A stretch of 64,000 nucleotides of DNA, taken from assembly GCA_017395105.1 (NCBI GenBank), contig JAFPWD010000038.1, forward strand, positions 20,795-84,794, read 5' to 3'. This DNA is from Clostridia bacterium. GTDB taxonomy: Bacteria > Bacillota > Clostridia > Christensenellales > CAG-138. Shown in pieces: positions 8,825-19,266 of the stretch. Below the pieces are notes generated by a model that saw only the letters and a program-made list of their open reading frames with translations, was not told where the DNA came from and did no database searches. The position numbers were made by a program, and so were the translations under genes. Each line of letters starts with the position of its first letter. Positions within the stretch are counted from its first letter, which is position 1.

Positions 8825-10938
8825 AACCTATTATAATCCTTGAACCGAATATCGCAAATAAGATCGCAGCGGGCGAGGTCGTGGAGCGGCCTGCGAGCAT
8901 CGTTAAGGAACTGCTTGAAAACTCGATCGATGCGGGAGCAACTGCAATAACCGTCGAGATCCAAAATGGCGGAATAGACCATATCCGCATAACGGACAAC
9001 GGCTGCGGCATTCCCGAGGGCGACGTTAAGCTTGCTTTCATGCGCCATGCAACAAGCAAGCTCACAAGCATCGACGATCTTTCAACACTCTCAAGCTTCG
9101 GTTTTCGCGGCGAGGCTCTTGCTTCGATAGCCGCTGTTTCAAAGGTCACGCTGCGCACGCGCACGGAGAACGCCGAATACGGCACGAAGCTGTGCGTTGA
9201 GGGCGGCAAGTTATCCGATCCCGAGATCTGTGCCTGCCCGCGCGGAACCACGATAGAGGTTGACGAGCTTTTCTACAACGTTCCTGCAAGGCTCAAATTC
9301 GTTAAGAATGCCCGCACCGAGGGCGCGATGATAACCGATTATGTGTGCAGGATAATGCTTGCGAATCCAGAAATATCCATAAAGCTTATCAACGGCGGCA
9401 GAACGGTGCTCCACACATCCGGCGACGGCTCGCTTGCAAACGCGGTTTTATGCGTATACGGAGGCAGTCTGTTTTCATCCATGTATGAAGTGGATTACGA
9501 CGACGGCTATATCAGCATCAAAGGATTCACCGGCGGTGAAAGCACCGCTCGAGCCAATCGCATACAACAATCCGTTTTTGTGAACCACCGCTATATCAAA
9601 TCGCCTGTGATAAGCAATGCCGTTCAGCGCGCATATCTTACGAGGGTAATGAAGCATCGCTTCCCGTTTTTCGTGCTGAGCGTACTCATATCCTCCCGCG
9701 AGGTGGACGTTAACGTTCATCCGAATAAGCTGAGCGTTCGCTTCAGCGATGAGGATAGAGTTGCGCGCTCCGTTACCGATGCCGTCAATGCCGCGCTTCG
9801 CTCTCTGCCCGTTTCTTTAAGCGCTGCAGATATCACCACTCAGCCGTATCACGATCCGGAAGCTTCGGTTAAGTCCTTCGGCTACGATCCCGCTGCAAAT
9901 CAAGCCCACAGGATGCCGACTGTTCATGGTGCTTCCGTCAAGCTTGAGAACGAGGTTCGCGAGATCTTCTACGCGCACGATGCCGATGATGCGATGAAGC
10001 CGAATCAGACTCAGAAGACCGATGAGCTCATTGCCAAGAATTCACGGGAGCTGCAAGAGCACTTCGGTCTGTTTGAGAATAGCTGTGTTCAGGATTACAG
10101 CCTTCGCGACAGCGGCGCAAACGCCTTCCCGGATTTCGCTCCTGCCGCGCCCGCTAATACGCCTTTTGAGGCCTTTCCCGAATTCGGCGCAGGAGCCGTT
10201 ATTTCCCCCGAGCTATCACAGCATACCGAACTGAACACGGTTGCTTTTGAAGCAAATCCTCCTGCTGACGAGCATACCTTTGATGGAATACCCGTTTATA
10301 GGGTTCCTTCCAATGCGCCCAAGAAAAAACCCGATATAGCCGAGAGCACCGAGCAGATACGGCTTGATGCCGATACCTGCATCGTTATCGGCGCCGTGTT
10401 CGACACCTATATCGTGGTTCAGCAGGGCGATGCGATCTACTATATCGATCAACATGCCGCGCATGAGCGCATACTCTACGAAAAGCTGATCAGCGGCGAA
10501 TTGAAATTCGATTCGCAGTTCGTTTCGCCGCCGCTTACACTCGAGTTCGATCCCATAGCCTTCGACTGTTTGCTGCAAAACGAGGAGCGTTTCTCTGAAT
10601 TCGGCTATTCCATTGACTTTGGAGATAAGCTGAGCGTTTCACTGCGATCCGTTCCGAATGTCGTAGGCACTTCCCCAGAAAGATTCCTTCGAGATGCCGT
10701 GGATATGCTGCTTGAGAATCCCAAGGCGACCGAGACCGATCTTTTACGCTCAAGGCTTATTCAAATGTCTTGCAAGCGCGCGGTCAAGGCAGGAAACGAT
10801 CTTGAAGTGCGCCAACTCAAGGCAATAGTGGATGCTTATGCGAGCGGCGAGGTTCCGCTGACCTGTCCGCACGGAAGACCCGTTATCATAAGAGTTACTA
10901 AAACAGAGCTTCAAAAGATGTTTAAACGAATAGTTTGA
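8821..10938 (+). CDS. mutL: DNA mismatch repair endonuclease MutL
   Basis: It has the 'IANKIAAGEVVERPASIVKELLENSIDAGA' GHKL ATPase motif and the C-terminal 'DQHAAHERILYE' endonuclease motif. An ATGA overlap couples it to the mutS stop. Confidence 0.97.
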   Translation: MKPIIILEPNIANKIAAGEVVERPASIVKELLENSIDAGATAITVEIQNGGIDHIRITDNGCGIPEGDVKLAFMRHATSKLTSIDDLSTLSSFGFRGEALASIAAVSKVTLRTRTENAEYGTKLCVEGGKLSDPEICACPRGTTIEVDELFYNVPARLKFVKNARTEGAMITDYVCRIMLANPEISIKLINGGRTVLHTSGDGSLANAVLCVYGGSLFSSMYEVDYDDGYISIKGFTGGESTARANRIQQSVFVNHRYIKSPVISNAVQRAYLTRVMKHRFPFFVLSVLISSREVDVNVHPNKLSVRFSDEDRVARSVTDAVNAALRSLPVSLSAADITTQPYHDPEASVKSFGYDPAANQAHRMPTVHGASVKLENEVREIFYAHDADDAMKPNQTQKTDELIAKNSRELQEHFGLFENSCVQDYSLRDSGANAFPDFAPAAPANTPFEAFPEFGAGAVISPELSQHTELNTVAFEANPPADEHTFDGIPVYRVPSNAPKKKPDIAESTEQIRLDADTCIVIGAVFDTYIVVQQGDAIYYIDQHAAHERILYEKLISGELKFDSQFVSPPLTLEFDPIAFDCLLQNEERFSEFGYSIDFGDKLSVSLRSVPNVVGTSPERFLRDAVDMLLENPKATETDLLRSRLIQMSCKRAVKAGNDLEVRQLKAIVDAYASGEVPLTCPHGRPVIIRVTKTELQKMFKRIV

Positions 10939-11906
10939 TGCGTACAGCTACTAAGCAGAAAATCTATCTTATAGTCGGCCCAACCGCAAGCGGCAAAACT
11001 GCGGTTTCTATCGATATTGCCGAGCGCATGAATGCCGAGATCATCTCCGCGGATTCGATCCAGGTATATAAGCGGCTTGATATCGGCTCTGCAAAGCCGA
11101 GCCTTGAGGAGAGGCGGGGGATACCGCATCATCTCATGGATTTTATAGACATTGCGGACACTTCATACAATGTATCCGCATACCGCGAGAAGGCATTTGA
11201 GTGTATTCGCAATATCGCCGAAAGAGGCAAGAATCCCCTGATAGTCGGCGGCACGGGACTGTATGTGAATTCCTTGGTCTTTCCGCTGAATTTTTCCGAA
11301 GCAGAGCCCGATTTTGAAAGAAGAGAGGCGCTGCTTGCTCTTGAGCAGACGGAAAGGGGTGTGCTGCACGGCATGCTTCAAAAGATCGATCCCGAGACTG
11401 CGCAGAGGCTTCATATAAACGACACAAAACGAATTATACGCGCTATCGAGGTTTACGAGCAAACGGGTGCTCCGCTCAGTGCTCACGGCGGTGATTTTGC
11501 CAACAGGCGTGAAGCCGAGATCGAGTTTGAGCCCGTAATGGCTGCGATCACAATGGATCGCGCCGAGCTTTATTCGCGTATTGAAAAGCGTATAGACCTG
11601 ATGCTTGAGCAGGGGCTTGTTGATGAAGTCGATTCTATCATAAATGACGGCTTCGACAGCTCTCTGCCCGCGCTGCAGGGGCTTGGTTATAAGCAGCTCA
11701 TCATGTTCCGCCGCGGCGAGATATGCTTTGATGAAGCCGTTGAGCTTATAAAGCGCGATACAAGACGCTTTGCGAAGCGACAGATAAGCTGGTTCAAGCG
11801 TGATAAGCGCATCAGATGGTTTGATGCCGATAAATACGGCGATGCGCTTTCAAGTGCAGTATTTGATTATTTTAACGGTAAAGATATAGGCGAATTAGAG
11901 CCGTAA
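10938..11906 (+). CDS. miaA: tRNA dimethylallyltransferase
   Basis: It has the 'IVGPTASGKTAVSI' P-loop, 'SADSIQVYKRLDIGSAKP' and 'IVGGTGLY'. The ATG overlaps the mutL TGA (TGATG). Confidence 0.95.
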   Translation: MRTATKQKIYLIVGPTASGKTAVSIDIAERMNAEIISADSIQVYKRLDIGSAKPSLEERRGIPHHLMDFIDIADTSYNVSAYREKAFECIRNIAERGKNPLIVGGTGLYVNSLVFPLNFSEAEPDFERREALLALEQTERGVLHGMLQKIDPETAQRLHINDTKRIIRAIEVYEQTGAPLSAHGGDFANRREAEIEFEPVMAAITMDRAELYSRIEKRIDLMLEQGLVDEVDSIINDGFDSSLPALQGLGYKQLIMFRRGEICFDEAVELIKRDTRRFAKRQISWFKRDKRIRWFDADKYGDALSSAVFDYFNGKDIGELEP

Positions 11907-11926
11907 ACGGCTTGGAGTAAATCAAT

Positions 11927-13216
11927 ATGTACGATAAATTTTACAATCAACTTGGAATAACAAAAAACGCTTACGATATGGTTTCCGCTCTCGAAAAGGA
12001 GCTTGAGAGCGTTTTTGAGCGCATCGAGCGCATCGAAAGCCTGAATCAGGCCAAGGTGCTGGCTGCGTTTCAAAATAACAGAGTGGCCGCTCATCATTTT
12101 AACCCAACAACAGGATACGGCTATAACGACGTTGGCAGGGAATGCCTTGATAAAGTATTTGCCGATGCTTTCGGCACCGAGGCTGCGATAGTCAGCCCGC
12201 AGCTTGTTTCCGGCACTCATGCCATCTTCTGTGTGCTTGCGGGCATACTGCGCTCAGGTGAAACGCTGCTTGCCATATCCGGAAGACCGTATGATACGCT
12301 TCTTGAGGCCATTGGCATAGAGGGCGAGGCGGAGGGCTCGCTTCGCGATTTCAATATCAAATACGAGCAGGTCGATCTGCTTTCGAACGGGAAATTCGAT
12401 ATTGCTTCGATCGAGGCCTCAGTTGTCAAGCTCAGGCCGCGCCTTGTTCACGTTCAGCGTTCGCGCGGCTATGCATGGCGCGAAGCGATACTTCCCGAGG
12501 ATATGGAAACCGTTTTTGAGTCGATCAAAAGGCTCTCTCCCGAAACGGTGATCGTTGTTGATAACTGCTATGGCGAGTTCACCCTTCCCGATGAGCCCAC
12601 CGATCACGGTGCGGATATCATCGTTGGATCGCTAATAAAGAACCCCGGCGGCGGTCTCGCCCCAACGGGCGGCTATTTCGCAGGCAAACGCGAATTTGTG
12701 GACAGGATCGCAAACAGGCTCACCGTGCCGGGGATTGGCAGAGAAGCGGGCTCGTATTTCGGAAGCTATCTGCCGTTTTATCAGGGGCTATTCTTTGCGC
12801 CTCACGTAGTTGCGCAGAGCCTTAAAACAAGCGTTCTATTTTCTAAAATATTCGAGAAACACGGACTTTCAACAATGCCCTCGAGCGATTCCGTTCGCAG
12901 CGATATAGTTCAGTCGCTTCGTTTTTCAACGAAGGAACAGCTCATAGAATTCTGCCGGTGCATCCAATCCGTTTCTCCTGTGGACAGCTTTGCGCTTCCC
13001 GAGCCTTATGCGATGCCAGGCTATTCCGATGAAGTGATAATGGCAGCGGGCGCTTTCATTCAGGGCTCTTCCATCGAGCTTTCGGCGGATGCGCCGATAT
13101 GCGAACCCTATACGGGATACCTTCAGGGCGGTCTCACCTATTCCCACGGAAGAATTGCCGCCATGAAGGTGCTTGCTATGCTTGAACAGACCGATGGCAG
13201 GGGAGTGGTAAAATGA
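11927..13216 (+). CDS. PLP-dependent methionine-gamma-lyase-family protein (aluminium-resistance/YnbB-like)
   Basis: 429 aa. 'GYGYND.GRE', 'SGTHAI' and 'GSLIKNPGGGLAPTGGYFAGK' are characteristic of this family. Confidence 0.75.
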   Translation: MYDKFYNQLGITKNAYDMVSALEKELESVFERIERIESLNQAKVLAAFQNNRVAAHHFNPTTGYGYNDVGRECLDKVFADAFGTEAAIVSPQLVSGTHAIFCVLAGILRSGETLLAISGRPYDTLLEAIGIEGEAEGSLRDFNIKYEQVDLLSNGKFDIASIEASVVKLRPRLVHVQRSRGYAWREAILPEDMETVFESIKRLSPETVIVVDNCYGEFTLPDEPTDHGADIIVGSLIKNPGGGLAPTGGYFAGKREFVDRIANRLTVPGIGREAGSYFGSYLPFYQGLFFAPHVVAQSLKTSVLFSKIFEKHGLSTMPSSDSVRSDIVQSLRFSTKEQLIEFCRCIQSVSPVDSFALPEPYAMPGYSDEVIMAAGAFIQGSSIELSADAPICEPYTGYLQGGLTYSHGRIAAMKVLAMLEQTDGRGVVK

Positions 13217-13638
13217 AAAAATGTATTTTGTATGATAACCGAATATGCAGCGACTGCGGCGAATGCCTGATTTGCGATCTCGATCCCGATAAGCTGTGCG
13301 ATAACTGCGGCAAATGCATATCGTCAAGCGGCGATCAGGAGTTTTTGAGCATGCTCGTTCATGCTGCTGAAAATGATGACGATGCTTTTGACGATATCGT
13401 TCCTCTCAGCGATGAGGATATCGAGAAGCTCTCCGACGAGGAAAAACAGCTTCTGGCTTTTCTTGATGCACCCATCGATTTGAATGTTCCCGATCCCCTG
13501 GATATCGACCGCTCGCTGTATGAAAAGTGGGAAAGAATACTTGCCGAGGATGCCGCTCGCCCGCATACCGAGCGAGATGACATCAGCATTAAAAAAGCGC
13601 CCGCAAGCTATGCTATAAGAACAAGGAGAAGAAGGTAA
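13213..13638 (+). CDS. Hypothetical Cys-rich, highly acidic protein
   Basis: The 141-aa ORF has an ATGA start overlap with the upstream gene. The N-terminus carries 'CSDCGECLIC' and 'CDNCGKC', followed by a long D/E-rich region and a basic tail. No family was recognised. Confidence 0.55.
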   Translation: MKKCILYDNRICSDCGECLICDLDPDKLCDNCGKCISSSGDQEFLSMLVHAAENDDDAFDDIVPLSDEDIEKLSDEEKQLLAFLDAPIDLNVPDPLDIDRSLYEKWERILAEDAARPHTERDDISIKKAPASYAIRTRRRR

Positions 13639-13644
13639 TTTTTT

Positions 13645-13671
13645 GCCGTCAACGGGACACCCGCTGACGGC
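13645..13671. terminator. Convergent-gene hairpin (12-bp stem with 1 mismatch, 3-nt loop)
   Basis: GCCGTCAACGGG-ACA-CCCGCTGACGGC lies between the + gene ending at 13638 and the - gene ending at 13685. The U-tract is weak on both strands. Confidence 0.4.
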
Positions 13672-13684
13672 TCCTTTATAGGCT

Positions 13685-14857
13685 TTAGCTATTATCTCCA
13701 TTAGCCGGCTTTTCGTCCGAAACCGCATCCGCAGCGGGCGGAGCCGGCTCGCTAGCGACACTCGGCTCAAGCCTCGTGATAGCCGCCTTTTCGTCATCTC
13801 GAAGCTTTATTACCTCGGCCGCAGTGCGCCTTCTGTCCTGAGAAAGCGCGGCGTAGTGCTTGCGTGTGGTGTTCACATCCTTATGACCGAGCACGTCCGC
13901 AACAAGATAGATATCACCCGTTTCGCGGTAGAGCGAGGTTCCATAGGTGCTCCTCAGCTTATGCGGAGAGATTTTCTTCAGCGGTGCGGCGATCTTAGCA
14001 TATTTCTTAACGAGCTGTTCAACTGCGCGAACTGTTATCCGCTTTTTTTGAAGAGAAAGGAAGAATGCTTTTTCATGTCCGCACTCGGCCTCGATGCCTT
14101 CGCGCCTGAGAGCATATTCGATAAGAGCGCTTCTGACCTCGGCTCCGAAAACGAGTATATCCTGATTGCCGCCCTTGCGCACTATACGCACTTCATTTTG
14201 GTAAAAATCGATATCATCGGTATTTATTCCCACAAGCTCGCTGATTCGCATTCCCGTTCCAAGAAACAGCGTTACGATCGCTGCATCGCGCACCTTGGTT
14301 TGTTCGTGGAATCGCTTCTGGGAACTCGTCAGCCCTTCGCCACTGTCTACAAGATCGAGCAGCTTAACTATCTCATCAGGTTCAAGACGGATTATCTCGC
14401 GCTCGTGCAGCTTTGGAGCTTCAACGAGGGATGGGGGATTGCTTGATATTCTGCCTTTCTTGTATAGGTATTTATAGAACGCACGAACCGCCGAGAGCTT
14501 ACGCGCCTTGCCGCGTTCACCGTTTGATACGTACTCGCTTTCAAACTCTTCGTCCGAGCTTTCGCTCGGATAGAAGGAAACGTATTCAAGAAAACGCTCA
14601 ATGTGGTCGGAAGTAACCATGTCAAGAAGCTCGTAACCTATACGATCCATCGACGGCAGGCTTTCGCAAAGCTCGGTTCCCATCAAAAAGCGCATAAACA
14701 GGCGCAGGTCAAGCGCATAACCGTAGCGCGTAAGAGCGCCCGTGGTATGCTCAACGCCGCGGAAAAACTCGGCGCAGCACGGTGGGAGCTCGCGCAGAAC
14801 CTCACGCAGCTTTAAAACGTATTTTTGAGTTCGCTCCTTGGAATAGTCGTCGCTCAT
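13685..14857 (-). CDS. Tyrosine-type site-specific recombinase (XerC/XerD family)
   Basis: The C-terminal catalytic region is 'GTGMRISELVG...HKLRSTYGTSLY...LGHKDVNTTRKHYAAL' (R..HxxR..Y). The start is placed at the ATG preceded by GAGGTG; the ORF track starts at TTG 14869. Confidence 0.85.
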   Translation of the reverse strand: MSDDYSKERTQKYVLKLREVLRELPPCCAEFFRGVEHTTGALTRYGYALDLRLFMRFLMGTELCESLPSMDRIGYELLDMVTSDHIERFLEYVSFYPSESSDEEFESEYVSNGERGKARKLSAVRAFYKYLYKKGRISSNPPSLVEAPKLHEREIIRLEPDEIVKLLDLVDSGEGLTSSQKRFHEQTKVRDAAIVTLFLGTGMRISELVGINTDDIDFYQNEVRIVRKGGNQDILVFGAEVRSALIEYALRREGIEAECGHEKAFFLSLQKKRITVRAVEQLVKKYAKIAAPLKKISPHKLRSTYGTSLYRETGDIYLVADVLGHKDVNTTRKHYAALSQDRRRTAAEVIKLRDDEKAAITRLEPSVASEPAPPAADAVSDEKPANGDNS

Positions 14858-14913
14858 AACGCACCTCAATATTCTCGATCATGCACCTTGATAGGGCATG
14901 GTTAATTATAACA

Positions 14914-14949
14914 CAACTATTCGCAAAAGACAAGTTTTGCGAATAGTTG
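14914..14949. promoter_or_regulatory. Perfect 15-bp inverted repeat (CAACTATTCGCAAAA-N6-TTTTGCGAATAGTTG) overlapping a putative extended -10 promoter of the recombinase gene
   Basis: By direct reading on the minus strand, the repeat is followed immediately by TGTTATAAT. A TTGTCT -35-like hexamer lies in the spacer, 17 nt upstream of the -10. The repeat could alternatively be the rnhA terminator. Confidence 0.45.
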
Positions 14950-15047
14950 ATTGCAAAATAAACTGAAACAGAATAAATTCGGAAATTCGTTCGGTTTTAA
15001 ATGTTCTTTTATAATGGTGTTGAGCTTTTATTTCGATCACATCGGGT

Positions 15048-15536
15048 TTACCTTGACGACGATTCAGCATTCGCTTCGGTGCTCTGCGCTTCAAGCTGCT
15101 TTTTCAGCTCACTCGCGGCGCCTGTTGCCAGCTTATCGCAGCGATTATTGTATTCGTTATCCGAGTGTCCCTTGACCTTGTTCCAATTAACCTTATGTTT
15201 GCCCGTGAGCTCTAAAAGTTCCTGCCAGAGCTCCTGATTTTCAACGGGCTTTTTTGCGGAGGTTTTCCAGCCGTTTCTTATCCAGTTTCGGAGCCAGCCT
15301 TGGGCAAAGCCGTTAAAAACATAGCTGCTGTCGGTGTAAACCTCAACTTCACATGGCTGATTAAGGCATTTTAAAGCCTCGATGACCGCAGTTAGCTCCA
15401 TTCGATTGTTAGTGGTGTACTCGCAGGCGCCGCAGATTTCCTTTTCAACGCCTTTATACATAAGAATCGCGCCCCAACCGCCAACCCCGGGATTGCCCGA
15501 GCAAGCTCCGTCCGTATAAATCGATACTTCTTTCAT
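15048..15536 (-). CDS. rnhA: Ribonuclease HI
   Basis: It has 'IYTDGACSGNPGVGGWG', 'TNNRMELTAVIEAL', 'VYTDSSYV' and 'WNKVKGHSDNEYNNRCDKLA' (DEDD catalytic residues). Confidence 0.93.
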   Translation of the reverse strand: MKEVSIYTDGACSGNPGVGGWGAILMYKGVEKEICGACEYTTNNRMELTAVIEALKCLNQPCEVEVYTDSSYVFNGFAQGWLRNWIRNGWKTSAKKPVENQELWQELLELTGKHKVNWNKVKGHSDNEYNNRCDKLATGAASELKKQLEAQSTEANAESSSR

Positions 15537-15606
15537 TATTATGATATATTATATTGTTTGTAAGTAAAATTTTATCCTTCGGTGAATTCATTATGACAAA
15601 AAGCGA

Positions 15607-16395
15607 TCAGTCATCAAATTCTTCGCTGTCTGAAATACCTTCAAAAGAATCAGCAAATGGAACGAATCTCGCTTCCCCGTCCTCTCCATCGAAGAACCAG
15701 TCGCCGTAAACTCCGCAGGAAGCGGCTCCGAGTTCAATATGAAGCATGGCGATTCCGCAGTCAACGTCACCAAAGCCGAAGTTGCGCTTGGTGTTTATGA
15801 TGCGAATATAGTCGCGTTCGATCTCAAGTTCCCACGGCTGCTTATTCAGCGCCGAAGGTGCAAGCCTTGCCGAGCTGACCGCCTCACGCTGCCAGGCGGG
15901 CAGCATTCTAAATTCGCTCTCGCTCAGTCCGGTTAGCTTCTGCACACTCTTTTTCTCGGCGGGCGTGGGCTGCTCCGCCACTTTACCGGCAGCGATAACG
16001 CAGAGCAGACTTTCATCCTCATCGAGGCTAAAGGCATTCTTTAGACTTCGTTTTTTATAAGTGCCTCCGAGCCAACATGTGCCAAGCCCCCTTGAAACGC
16101 ACTCAAGAACGAAGGCTTCGCCTATATAGCCGCCCATAAACTTGTTATCGTCGCGAACGATTACGGCAGCAAAGCAGTTCGTGCCCTCAACGCCGCCAAG
16201 AAACGATAGCAGTCGGGATCTGCCGAGGACGCCGCTTTTTGACTTGAACTCGATCCGCGCATCGCCGTTGTTGAGCGTTGCAGCAAAATCCTTTAGATTA
16301 TAAAACAGCTCCTTGGATACCTTTCCGTCGTATTGGCGCACAGAAGCCCTTTTTTTCGCAGCCTCATGCCATTTAATCATCATGTTGTATTCCAT
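15607..16395 (-). CDS. Nitroreductase-family protein
   Basis: 262 aa. 'RASVRQYDG', 'GLGTCWLGG' and 'SALNKQPW' are typical of the nitroreductase fold. No specific subfamily was resolved. Confidence 0.6.
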   Translation of the reverse strand: MEYNMMIKWHEAAKKRASVRQYDGKVSKELFYNLKDFAATLNNGDARIEFKSKSGVLGRSRLLSFLGGVEGTNCFAAVIVRDDNKFMGGYIGEAFVLECVSRGLGTCWLGGTYKKRSLKNAFSLDEDESLLCVIAAGKVAEQPTPAEKKSVQKLTGLSESEFRMLPAWQREAVSSARLAPSALNKQPWELEIERDYIRIINTKRNFGFGDVDCGIAMLHIELGAASCGVYGDWFFDGEDGEARFVPFADSFEGISDSEEFDD

Positions 16396-16410
16396 GTTTA
16401 CACCACCTTA

Positions 16411-19248
16411 TTATTTATTCAATATTTGTGCAAGATACTTGCCCGTATAGCTCTTTTCACACTTGGCAAGCTCCTCGGGAGTGCCGCAGGCGACTATCTC
16501 GCCGCCGCGAACGCCGCCGTCCGGTCCGAGATCGATTATGTAGTCCGCAGTTTTGATAACGTCCAGATTGTGCTCGATAACCACGACCGTGCTGCCTGAG
16601 GAGCAGAGCCGCTGTAATATCGCAAGCAGCCTTTCAACGTCCGCAGAGTGCAGACCGGTGGTCGGCTCATCGAGGATGTAGATGGTTCTGCCCGTGTCGC
16701 GCCGGGCAAGCTCGGTTGCAAGCTTCACCCTCTGCGCCTCGCCGCCTGAGAGCGTTGTGGACGACTGCCCAAGCTTGATGTAGCCAAGTCCAACGTCATA
16801 GAGCGCCTGCAGCTTCTTTGCGATCTTTGGTATCGCGCCGAAGAACTCAAGTGCCTGCTCCACGGTCATATCGAGCACGTCGGATATGGTCTTGCCGCGA
16901 TAACGCACCTCGAGGGTTTCGCGGTTATAGCGCTTGCCCTTGCATACTTCGCAGGGAACGTATACATCAGGCAAAAAGTGCATCTCGATTTTGATTATAC
17001 CGTCGCCGCGGCAGGATTCGCAGCGCCCGCCCTTGACGTTGAAGCTGAATCTGCCGGCACTGTAGCCGCGCATTTTCGCATCGGGAGTTATGGCGAAAAC
17101 CTCGCGAATAAGGTCGAACACTCCGGTATAGGTCGCAGGATTGCTCCTCGGCGTTCTGCCTATCGGCGATTGGTCGATATCGATGACCTTGTCGAGAAAG
17201 CCTTCACCCTCCATACGGTCAAAATCGCCCGAATGCGTTCGAGCTCTGTTGAGCTTTCTGAGAAGCGTGTTTTTGATTATTCCGTTCACAAGGCTCGATT
17301 TACCGGAGCCCGAAACTCCCGTAACGCACGTGAACACGCCAAGAGGGATCGAAATGTCGATATTGCGAAGATTATGCTCGCGGCAGCCGTAAGCCTTCAA
17401 AAAATGACCGTCCTTGGCGGTTCTTCGTTCCTTCGGTATCTCGATCATGCGTGCTCCGCTCAAGAACTGACCCGTGATCGATTCGGGAACAGCGATTATT
17501 TCATCAACGGTGCCCTGAGCCACGACCTCTCCGCCGTGTACACCGGGACCAGGGCCGATATCCACGATATAGTCTGCGCTGAGCATGGTCTCCTCATCGT
17601 GCTCGACCACAATCAGGGTGTTGCCGAGATCGCGCAAGCCTTTAAGGGTCGCTATCAGCTTTGCGTTATCATGCTGATGCAGGCCGATGCTCGGTTCATC
17701 GAGAATGTAAAGAACGCCCACAAGTCCCGATCCGATCTGAGTAGCAAGACGGATGCGTTGGGATTCTCCGCCGGAAAGCGATGAAGCGGAGCGAGCAAGA
17801 GTGAGATAATCAAGCCCAACGTCGGCGAGAAATTGAAGCCTTGCCATAAGCTCCTTGAAGATCCTTGAAGCGATGATCCGTTCGGATTCCGAAAGCTCTA
17901 TATTGTTCAGATAAGAAAGCACATCCAGTATAGGAAGCTCTGAAACGTCCGCGATCGACTTATCATTGATCGTAACGGCAAGCACCTCGGGCTTGAGCCT
18001 TTTGCCACCGCAAACCGGGCAGGGCGTGTGGTGCATATACTCCCTGTAAGCCTCCTTCATCGAATCGGACTGCGTTTCATGATATCTGCGCTCCATCGTC
18101 GGAATAACGCCGGCAAACGCAGCCATAAACACTCCGTTTCCGAAGTCGCGCTCATACTCGATTTTGAACTTTCTATCGCCCGTACCATACAGGATTATAT
18201 TTTTTGCTTCCTCGGAAAGCTCCTGCCAAGGGGTATCTATCGAAAAGCCGTATTCCTTTGCAACCGCCTTAAAATACATCAGCGCAAGGCTGTTTTCACT
18301 CGGTGCATTAACTGAACCCCATCCCATTGCCGAAACCGCGCCGTCACGAAGCGACTTTGTAGGATCGGCAATGACGAGCGCGGGATCGATCTGCTCCTGA
18401 AAGCCAAGACCCGTGCAGGCAGGACATGCGCCGTAGGGATTATTGAAGGAAAACATACGCGGGCTGAGCTCCTCGATGCTGATGCCGCAGTCCGGGCAGG
18501 CATAGTTCTGAGAAAACAGCAGCTCTTCCCCGCCGATCACGTCTACCTTTGCAAGCCCTGCTCCGAGCGAGAACGCCGTTTCAAGCGAATCCGTCAGGCG
18601 CATGTCCACGCCTTCCTTCAAAACTATCCTGTCAACTATAACATCAATATTGTGTTTCTTATTTTTTTCAAGCGGCGGAACTTCGTTTATATCATAGGTT
18701 TGCCCGTCCACCTTTACGCGCACGTAACCGTCCTTGCGGATCTGCTCGAGAAGCTTTACGTGCTCGCCCTTGTTTCCGCGAACAACGGGTGCGATTATTT
18801 GAAGTTTCGAGCCCTCTCCAAGCTTTTGAATGCTGTCCACGACCTGATCTATGCTCTGTCGCTTTATCACCTTGCCGCATTTTGGGCAATGCGGAACGCC
18901 GATACGCGCAAACAAAAGGCGCAGATAGTCGTTTATCTCGGTGACCGTACCCACTGTGGAACGGGGATTGTTTGAAGTGCTCTTCTGGTCGATGGATACG
19001 GCGGGAGAAAGGCCGTCGATATAGTCCACATCCGGCTTATCCATCTGACCGAGGAACTGTCGCGCATACGATGAGAGCGACTCAACGTAGCGCCTCTGAC
19101 CCTCGGCGAATATGGTTTCAAACGCAAGCGAGGATTTGCCGGAGCCCGAAAGCCCGGTAAAAACTATCAGCTTGTCCCTCGGTATTGAAAGCGTTATGTT
19201 CTTAAGGTTGTTTTCTCTTGCACCCTTTATTGTAATGTACTCTTTCAT
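16411..19248 (-). CDS. uvrA: Excinuclease ABC subunit A
   Basis: 945 aa. It has '[10 protein letters not shown]...[15 protein letters not shown]', zinc-finger cysteines, a second '[11 protein letters not shown]' P-loop and two 'LSGGE.QR' signatures. Confidence 0.98.
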   Translation of the reverse strand: MKEYITIKGARENNLKNITLSIPRDKLIVFTGLSGSGKSSLAFETIFAEGQRRYVESLSSYARQFLGQMDKPDVDYIDGLSPAVSIDQKSTSNNPRSTVGTVTEINDYLRLLFARIGVPHCPKCGKVIKRQSIDQVVDSIQKLGEGSKLQIIAPVVRGNKGEHVKLLEQIRKDGYVRVKVDGQTYDINEVPPLEKNKKHNIDVIVDRIVLKEGVDMRLTDSLETAFSLGAGLAKVDVIGGEELLFSQNYACPDCGISIEELSPRMFSFNNPYGACPACTGLGFQEQIDPALVIADPTKSLRDGAVSAMGWGSVNAPSENSLALMYFKAVAKEYGFSIDTPWQELSEEAKNIILYGTGDRKFKIEYERDFGNGVFMAAFAGVIPTMERRYHETQSDSMKEAYREYMHHTPCPVCGGKRLKPEVLAVTINDKSIADVSELPILDVLSYLNNIELSESERIIASRIFKELMARLQFLADVGLDYLTLARSASSLSGGESQRIRLATQIGSGLVGVLYILDEPSIGLHQHDNAKLIATLKGLRDLGNTLIVVEHDEETMLSADYIVDIGPGPGVHGGEVVAQGTVDEIIAVPESITGQFLSGARMIEIPKERRTAKDGHFLKAYGCREHNLRNIDISIPLGVFTCVTGVSGSGKSSLVNGIIKNTLLRKLNRARTHSGDFDRMEGEGFLDKVIDIDQSPIGRTPRSNPATYTGVFDLIREVFAITPDAKMRGYSAGRFSFNVKGGRCESCRGDGIIKIEMHFLPDVYVPCEVCKGKRYNRETLEVRYRGKTISDVLDMTVEQALEFFGAIPKIAKKLQALYDVGLGYIKLGQSSTTLSGGEAQRVKLATELARRDTGRTIYILDEPTTGLHSADVERLLAILQRLCSSGSTVVVIEHNLDVIKTADYIIDLGPDGGVRGGEIVACGTPEELAKCEKSYTGKYLAQILNK

Positions 19249-19266
19249 GAGTAAGGTAATCCCCTT

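Noticed and set aside
11907-11926. Expected hfq downstream of miaA
   Set aside because: Only 20 nt separate miaA from the ynbB-like gene, so no hfq-sized ORF is present. Absence or relocation of hfq is common enough in Clostridia that I do not treat it as a finding.
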